From assembly GCA_051294375.1 (NCBI GenBank), contig CM119265.1:1065939-1129938 (forward strand): a stretch of 64,000 bases of DNA. Reading direction: 5' to 3'. This document shows, piece by piece, positions 56,860-64,000 of this stretch (positions within the stretch are counted from its first letter, which is position 1; each line of letters opens with the position of its first letter). The translations under genes were made by a program, and so were the position numbers. The DNA comes from Paraspadella gotoi. Taxonomy: Eukaryota > Animalia > Chaetognatha. The notes under the pieces are model-generated. The model worked only from the letters and a program-made list of their open reading frames with translations, was not told the DNA's origin and made no database searches.

Positions 56860-59800
56860 TCAAGCGACGACTCTGAGAGAGACGATGCCGACGACGACAA
56901 GAACGAAAACGTTGACGGAGGCGGCGACGGCTCCTGACGGAACCTCCGCTTCCGCTGTGGTGGTTGTGGTGGTTGTGGTAGTTTTGGCCCATTTGGTGGT
57001 CTTGCCTTTAGCGGTGGTGGAACCGCTGGCAGGGGATGACCCTGGCTTCATTGTGGTAGTGCCGTTGGGGTTGGAGGTGGCATTAGGATTCATGGTTGTG
57101 GTTTTTGGAAGATTCTTTTGGCAAGTGGCGTAGTCTTTATTGCAATCCTTTGACATGCAGCAGCAACCAGTAGCATTCTTGGAGTACATCGCGTCGCAGA
57201 CGGATTGAGTGTTGATGCAGGTCTTGGTTTTGCTGAGAAAAAGAGGAAGGGAGAGAGAGAGGGAGAGGAGGAGGAAGGGAGGGAGGAAGGGAAGGAGGAA
57301 GGGAAGTTAGTTAAAACTAAAAACACTTTTGTAGAGTCATCACATGCACTGTTTAATTTATGATTAAGAAAACGTCGAATTTGGGATCAAGTGCAGTCTT
57401 TGGAGGGATTTATCCCTGTTGTATTGTCTGACTCTCACCTGTTCTCTCTCTCTCTCTATCTCTCTCTCTCTTCCTTAGCTCTCTTCTTTTACTCACTTCA
57501 CTCTTACCCTGAACGATGATCTGTCAAATAAGATCGAAAAGAAAAAAAATACTGCACTTGATCCCAAATTCGACGTTTTCTTAATCATAAAAACAATTTA
57601 TTCCGCAATCAGATTCCGCGGCCCAATAAATACGACATCATAAACATGAGACAGAATAACATATCATTCAAAATTTCAGTTAATATAATAAAATATAATA
57701 TATATATAGAACCAAATTCCTAAACTCGATCCCAAACCTTTTTTTTCATAATATTTTTTATATTTTTTGGATAGAGAATGACTGGAATAATGTAAATCTT
57801 AAAGTTACGTCTAAATTGGCCCATGGGTTTTAGAAAGAAATCGATCAAAAACAACCAAAATTCTCTCCCTTTTTTCAACATTTTCCCCTTTTAAGATTTT
57901 TCGCCCGATTCTGACTTCCTCTTTTACAAAACTTTTAATTCGCTAGTTAATTTTTTTTTTCCTTAAACAACAAAGGCCAACTTTCTATTATTTTATAATT
58001 TCTGGGTAAAAAATATAATGAATTAGATTTAACATGGGATATTATGAAAGTATAATGTCTTGTGAAGCCTGTGAGAGTTAAATAATTAAAAATTCGCCTA
58101 TTTTATTATTAAAAATGACAGTAAAGTGAAGAAGTTGAATGTCTTCCGGCTCATTTCAGTAACATCTCTGTTCTCTAGCATAAATAAATGTTTACTTTTT
58201 GCTGGTGGAAAAGAAAGATAATACTTAGGTGTGATGGGGTGAATAATATTTTGTAGAATTTTGTAAGCATTCTTGTAATATCAGTCAAGCAAATATTTAC
58301 AGTTAAATAAAAATTATATTTTTCTTTATTCCAAAAACTTTAAAGTTTTACTAGAGTACAAATTTAGCCTTTTTTCTTTCAGAAATCACTAAAAAGAATT
58401 AATTTCATTTATTTTTATGGGGTTTCATAGTTTTAAAATTCATTATAATTTTGACTTAGTTTGACACTCATCCTGTAAAGAGGTTCAGCAAAAATAATCC
58501 TATAATATTGTAACTTGTATGTGCCCAATGATTATGGCTTCATTTCGGTATTATTGCCATCCCTGTATCTTTGTTCCTTCAAAAGATATCAGGAAAAATC
58601 ATTTTTTACTCTCAACCTTCCTTTTAATTTCTTCTTAAATAAAAATTTCATGTTGTCAAACCAGACCAATGGACTTTACCACGTTGGTTTACTATGAAGA
58701 GTTTGATCAATAATGAAAAGAAAAATTTGGCAAGCTCTTGAGACAAGAGGCTTTCTAAATCTTATAATTCGAAGTAATATTTATAATGTTAACATGCCCT
58801 AGCCCCGTTTACAATTTTCAAAAAGCAAAATTTCCCATTCATTTCTATAGTAAAAACAAGGTTTGAAAATTCTCTGGAGATGACTAGTGCATTTCCCCTG
58901 GCTTGTTTGATATTAAATCCTTTATCAAATGCCATAAGACGAATTTGGCTAGCTCTTAAGATATAACGCTATCGGAATCGTGTGTTTTTACAACTGTTTT
59001 TTACCCGAATTTCTGGCAATCTCGTTTGCAATTTGGGTAGTCAGATTTTAACGGAAATCTCTATTAGAAAAATGTTGAATTTTTTTTTAAGCGAGATTCT
59101 CGTCTCATATATATATATAAGTATATTCTACTATCTCACAACTCAGCTCCCTGACCAAAGTGATAAGTGAGAACTCACTTGTCCATACTGACGGCGCACA
59201 TCGCGGGAAATTTGTCAACTCCGCAACAATCAGCATTAGGTTTCGTGTCTTTGTCACAATTGATAGTTTTCTTCGTGGCGGCGGCCTTGTCCCAATACAT
59301 TGCACAAGCGGCTTTGTCGTTCTTGTCGCAACAGACGCAAGTCCACTTTCCCGCTGCTTTGACGCAAGTCTTGACGCACTCGTTGACGGTGGCGCATTTT
59401 GAAGGATCAGCCCCTTTGAACTAATAAAAAAAAAAATAAATTTTATGAAAATTGTCAAATTAACCGTTTCACTATTCTATCTTTATAGATTTTATAATAT
59501 TTGATGATATTTAAAATATTACAGCTCTCTTTTCCCAGAACGCCCCATTTCTGTTCATTTATCCCAGAATTTTATTTTAATTGTAATATTTAACCTAAAT
59601 ATATTCTTCAATTAAGAACCAAATCTTTAACCGTAATCCAAAACCCTTACTTAACTTTAACCCCTAAACTTAAACCCGTATCCTTAATATCTAACCCTAA
59701 CCCTTATCTAACCCCACCCTTAACCTTAAACCCTTATCATTAATATCTAACCCTAACCCTTATCTAACCCCAACCCTTAACCTTAAACCCTTATTCTTAA

Positions 59801-61268
59801 TATTTAACCCTAACTTTTATTTAACCCCAACCCCTTACCTTAAACCCTTATCCTAAATATCTAACCCTAACCCTTATCTAACCCCAACCCCTAATCTTAA
59901 ACCCTTATTCTTAATATTTAACCCTAACTTTTATTTAACCCCAACCACTAACCTTAAACCCTTATCCTAAATATCTAACCCTAACACCGTAAAACCTTAA
60001 ACCTTATTCTTAATATTTAACCCTAACTTTTATTTAACCTAACCCCTAACCTTAAACCTTTATCCTTAATATCTAACCTAACCCTTATCTAACCTCAATA
60101 CCTAACCTAAACCCTTATCCTTAATATCTAACCCTAACCATATTTAACCCCAACCCCTAACCATAAACCCTTATCCTTAATATTTAATAGGAGTCTACGT
60201 CGTTCTTAGAGATCGAGGAAGACTTTTTTCAATGGAGATTTCGTTCAATCTGACTACCAAACAATATAAACGCTCCTGGTAAAAATTCTGGTAAAATATC
60301 AATGTAAAAACACTTGATTCTGATCCTGTTGCATCTGAAGGGCTCACATTTTTTCTCTTTTCAAATCATCAAACCTCTTGATATCAAACAAGCCAGAACA
60401 AATAGACTGCTTCTGGACGGAAAAATTTTCCATCTCTGATTTTATATAGAAATGAAAGGGATTTTTTTCCTTGAAACGATATAAACATGACTGAGGTATG
60501 ATCCTGTTCACAAAATGAGGTCCAATTTTGGAATCCTTTGGCAAAGTGTCTGAAGGGCTCTCAAAATTTTTCTTTATATTTTTATTTGGTTATTTTGATA
60601 TGATACGATCATGGTAAAGTGAATTAGTCCATTTTGGTGAAATTTTTATTTAAAGTAAAAGTAAAAGAAGAGCTAACAATCGGAATTCTAAAAGTTTTCA
60701 ACCGGGAGTCAGATTCGGGAAAATCTTCTATGGGGCGAAAATCTTCCAAAAAAGGGGTAAATTTTTCGAAGATTTTGGTTAATATTTTCTATATTTATGG
60801 TCGGTTTTTTTTAAACTTAATATTAACAATATTGCCATCATTCTACCTTGGCCGGTATAATAATATATTAAAAAAACCTCAGGCTTTGTTCATCAGAGCT
60901 TAGTCCTATATTTAACCCTAACCCTTATCTAACCCCAACACCTAACCTTAAACCCTATTCTCTAGCCTTAATTATTAACTTAATTTTTAACATTAATTAC
61001 TACCTTAATCCCAAACTTAACTACAAAAGAATAACCTAATTCCAAATTTAAGATAAAATAAGGCGTTCTCGGAAAATAAAACCAAAACGGCTTTCCCCTC
61101 CCTACTTTAATCACTAAGCGGCCCAAACTGTTTCCGACTTACCATGCACATGAGCTGATTGAGCTTGTTGTCGCAAGCCTTCCCATTATCAGCGGCGCAC
61201 TTTAGTTCAGCTGTTGACGCCGCGCCAATAATGGCGGCCAGCGTCACCAAAATTGACGCGAAATTCAT
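56860..61268 (-). CDS. Secreted two-domain Cys-rich protein with Thr-rich stalk and GPI-type tail (paralog D)
   Basis: Exons 61268-61143, 59420-59179 and 57232-56860: MNFASILVTLAAIIGAASTAELKC...CATVNEC...WTCVCC...NCDKDTKP...CAVSMDN...CDAMYSKNATGCCCMSKDCNKDYATC, stalk, ...SGAVAASVNVFVLVVVGIVSLRVVA*. Confidence 0.92.
57357..57591. repeat. Perfect 41-bp inverted repeat flanking ~150 bp (hairpin or MITE)
   Basis: TTTATGATTAAGAAAACGTCGAATTTGGGATCAAGTGCAGT at 57357-57397 and its reverse complement at 57551-57591. Confidence 0.9.
59523..61083. mobile_element. Family T TIR element with an expanded ~59-bp TAACCC-rich satellite and a nested insertion
   Basis: Left AGCTCTCTTTTCCCAGAACGCCCCATTT and right AAATAAGGCGTTCTCGGAAAATAAAACC are imperfect inverted repeats; the interior is CTAACCC-rich. 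Confidence 0.75.
60188..60908. mobile_element. Nested insertion with TAGGA...TCCTA ends and 7-bp TSD (TATTTAA)
   Basis: TATTTAA at 60181-60187 and 60909-60915 flanks a non-repetitive 720-bp block inside the TAACCC satellite. Confidence 0.6.
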
Positions 61269-61418
61269 CTTGGTCTGCGTTAAAAAAAATTAAGAAAAAA
61301 ATTTAAAAAAAATCGGAAAAACTAAAAAAAGTTTAGTATTCGACAAGTTGATGGTAAAGTAGTTTTGTAGGCTTATTTGTTTTTAGTTGTGAGACAAGAT
61401 AGAGAGAGAGTGTGGGGA

Positions 61419-61465
<47 letters not shown>

Positions 61466-62097
61466 TAGTCGACTGTTCTTTTGTAAATTTTTATCAAACA
61501 TTTCCGTTCTGATTTGATGCGACATCTTGTGTCGTTGGAGAAAAACAATATCTTGTATTTCACGGACAAAAGATCGGAATTTCTCTATTTCTTTTTCCTT
61601 TGAGTTTCATTCTTTGTTGTCGATTTGAATTATCTGAGTTGGAGTGGACGAGTAAAAATATGAGCAGCTCTGAATTGATCACTGAATGTTCTAGTCGTGA
61701 GAGAGAAAGACGTGCTAATCAACTTGGAGGAGAAACAATTTTTTTAGACAACATTTAGACAACAACAAAAAAGTCAACATTTGTAAATTAATATTATTAT
61801 AAACAAACAATAAAAATCGTTTCCATTTCCAAAGAAGAAAAAACAAGAAAAAAGAAAAAAAAATCTTATCAGAAATAAAATTCGCGTCAAAATGATTTTT
61901 TTTTTGAAAAGATAATAAAAACAATGAATTCTTTTTTTTTATTCGTTTTATCGTCAAAATCGATTTTTCGATCGAATATAAAAGGAAAAATCACAAAATC
62001 CACGATTTTAAATAATTTTTTTTATATCAATTTTAATTCGAGGCGCAGTTAAACGAATTCCGGGATTGAATTTTCGTTTTCTACGAAAAAGAAGAAA

Positions 62098-62636
62098 ATG
62101 AATTTGGGATTTTTCATCTTTTATTGGAGTCTTTTGGTCATCGGAGTTAAAGCCGCCGTCAAGGGTGAGTTAAGGCTGGGATGGGCTGGTTGGTAAGTTT
62201 AGATGAGCATTCCATTTTTTGGTTGGTTGTTGGCTGAGTTTAATTCTAGTTTTTTTTTCTCGCTTTGCTAAAGAGAGAGAGAGAGAGAGACAGACAGAGA
62301 GAAGGAGAACGACAGAGAGAGTGTATTTTTGAGAAAGAGAGAGAAATACACAGAGAGAGAGAGAGAGAGTGTGTGATATTTTCTCAACCTTCACATCTCC
62401 TTTTACCTTTCAAGGCCCATCCATGAAATGTCCCGAGACTAAATGGTCCACCTTCGGTCCCCGCCCGCCGACCTCGTGTCCAGCACCGCGGGATCCGCAA
62501 CGCCGTCCCGCCACGGCGCTGGAATCCTGGCTGACGAGGGAAATATTCGACGATCTTTTCCCGAAAGCGAATTTGGGTCACGGGACGTCGAAGTGTAGAC
62601 CTTATCATTACGACGCTTTCGTTAATCGCGCTACTG
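62098..62636 (+). CDS. Glycoside hydrolase family 19 chitinase, N-terminal exons (partial)
   Basis: Exon 62098-62164 is a signal peptide (MNLGFFIFYWSLLVIGVKA). Exon 62415-~62636 gives CPETKWSTFGPRPPTSCPAPRDP...LESWLTREIFDDLFPKANLGHGTSKCRPYHYDAF, matching the recalled nematode GH19 N-terminal pattern LE-x-WFT-x-x-x-F-x-DLFP-x-AN-x-G-x-G-x-x-x-C-x-PY-x-Y-x-AF. No catalytic exons were found in the window. Confidence 0.78.
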
Positions 62637-64000
62637 GTGGGAGTTGGGGGAGGGAGAGAGGGGGGGGAGGAGAAAGAGGGAGAGGAGAAGGAGAGGGGAG
62701 GCGAGAGGGAAGGGGAGGGAGAAGAGGGGAAGGGAGGAGGAGAAGGGGAAGGTGAGGGAAAGGGAGAAGGGAGAGGAGAAGGGGAAAGGAGGAGAGAGGA
62801 GGGAGGGGAGGGAGAAAGGAGAGGGGAAGGAGGAGGAGAAGGGAGAAGTGATGGCGAGATGGGAGAATGCGAGAGGAAAGGGAGAGGGGAGGAGTGCAGA
62901 GAGATGTGGAGGCTAGAAGTGAGAGGCAGAATGAGAGAGGTATAGAAAGGAAGGAGAGGTGGGAGGGACGAAGGCGGAAAGGAAAGGGAGAAGCGAGAGG
63001 TAGAAGCAGGGAGGTAGGAGAAGCGAATGGAGGAAAGGGAGGAAGATGAGTGGAGGAGGAGGGAGGGAAAAGGGGGGGAGGGCGAAGAGGGAGGGACGGA
63101 GGAGAGGGGAAAAGGAGGAGGAGGGGAGGGAGAGAAAAGAAAAGAAAAGACAGTTCTGAAATGGAACTGCGAAAAGTGATCACTGGTTATGAGATTGCCA
63201 TATCTGCCAAGGTTTGACAAGTGATAAAAAGGTTTCATGACAACGTAAATACTATCAAAGATTGCGTGACATTATTTGAAAGAATCACAATTTGTCTGCT
63301 GAAAGGACTAGGTGAAAGGCGTGAGACCGTGAGAGTGTGAGTTTGAGAGCGTGAGAGCAGGAGTGAGTAAAAAGGAATGATTCATTTCCTCCTCCCTCCT
63401 CCTCTTCCTCTTCCTCCTCTTTCTCTTGCTCTTTTTCTTCCTTCTCGTCTTCCTCTTCCACCTCTCCCTCTTCCTCCTCCTTCCCTTTTTCCTTTTCTTT
63501 TTCTTCCTCTCCCCTCTTCCTCCTCCTTTTTCTCCTCCTCTTCCTTCTTCCTCCTCTTCCTCCTCCTCTGCCTTCTTTTCTACCTCTTCCTCCTCTTTCT
63601 CTTCCTCATCTTCCTCTTTTTCCTTTTCCTCCTCCTCATTCTCTTTCTCTTTTTCTTTTGCTTCCTCCTTCTCTTTCTCTTCCGCCTCCCCCTCCCCCTC
63701 CTCCCCCTACTTCCTCCTCCTCCTCCTCCTCCTCTTCCTCTTCCTTCTTTTCACATTTTCCATTTCATCGATTCTTTGTTCACTGAAAAAAAAGTTCACC
63801 ATTTTTTTCGATTTCACGTCATTCGTCAGATTTTCACATTAAATTCGAGTGAATTCGTTAAATGAAGAAATCGTGAGTTTGAAGGAGAAAGGAGCAGAGA
63901 CCAAGAATTGTTGTTATTGTTGTTGTCGTTGTCACCGGGAAATCGAATTCGTGATTTTGTGGTCGACGACTTTGCATCTAAGTTTATGATCCTCCTCTTC

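Noticed and set aside
59640-60185. True telomere or chromosome-fusion scar (also 16925-17180)
   Set aside because: The repeats are degenerate and intronic, and here they are enclosed by TIRs shared with other dispersed copies.
63826-64000. Possible last exon of a minus-strand gene entering from the right
   Set aside because: Open frames and a following purine tract are suggestive, but there is no recognisable homology or visible acceptor in the window.

Overview
AT-rich, intron-dense eukaryotic (animal) genomic scaffold with N-gaps; a nematode-type GH19 chitinase exon suggests a nematode, but the taxon cannot be proven here. Most of the window (~2.1-47.1 kb, +) is one gene for proteasome activator PA200/Blm10 (PSME4). 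It has about 45 exons, ends in an HbYX tail (SPSYYV*), and carries an unusual acidic N-terminal extension and a ~340-aa acidic/Asn-rich insert. Its middle is present 2-3 times in alternating orientation with indel-rich sequence, most likely an assembly or amplification fold-back artefact. A complete two-exon CD225/dispanin gene is nested on the same strand in PSME4 intron 3. PSME4 lies inside a minus-strand cluster of four paralogous secreted proteins with two Cys-rich domains (CATVNxC motif, Ly6/uPAR-like C-terminal CxxxxCN) and, where visible, a GPI-type tail. The same region has a small secreted WCYT/WDYC-repeat protein, and a partial GH19 chitinase lies at the right end. Introns often have a purine tract at the 5' end and a pyrimidine tract at the 3' end, contain duplicated decoy splice junctions, and host several small mobile-element families (TIR elements filled with telomere-like repeats, a TG..CA tRNA-derived element, MITEs). 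Most ORFs in the supplied track are GA/CT low-complexity artefacts. All protein identifications come from hand translation and recalled family sequences, not database searches.
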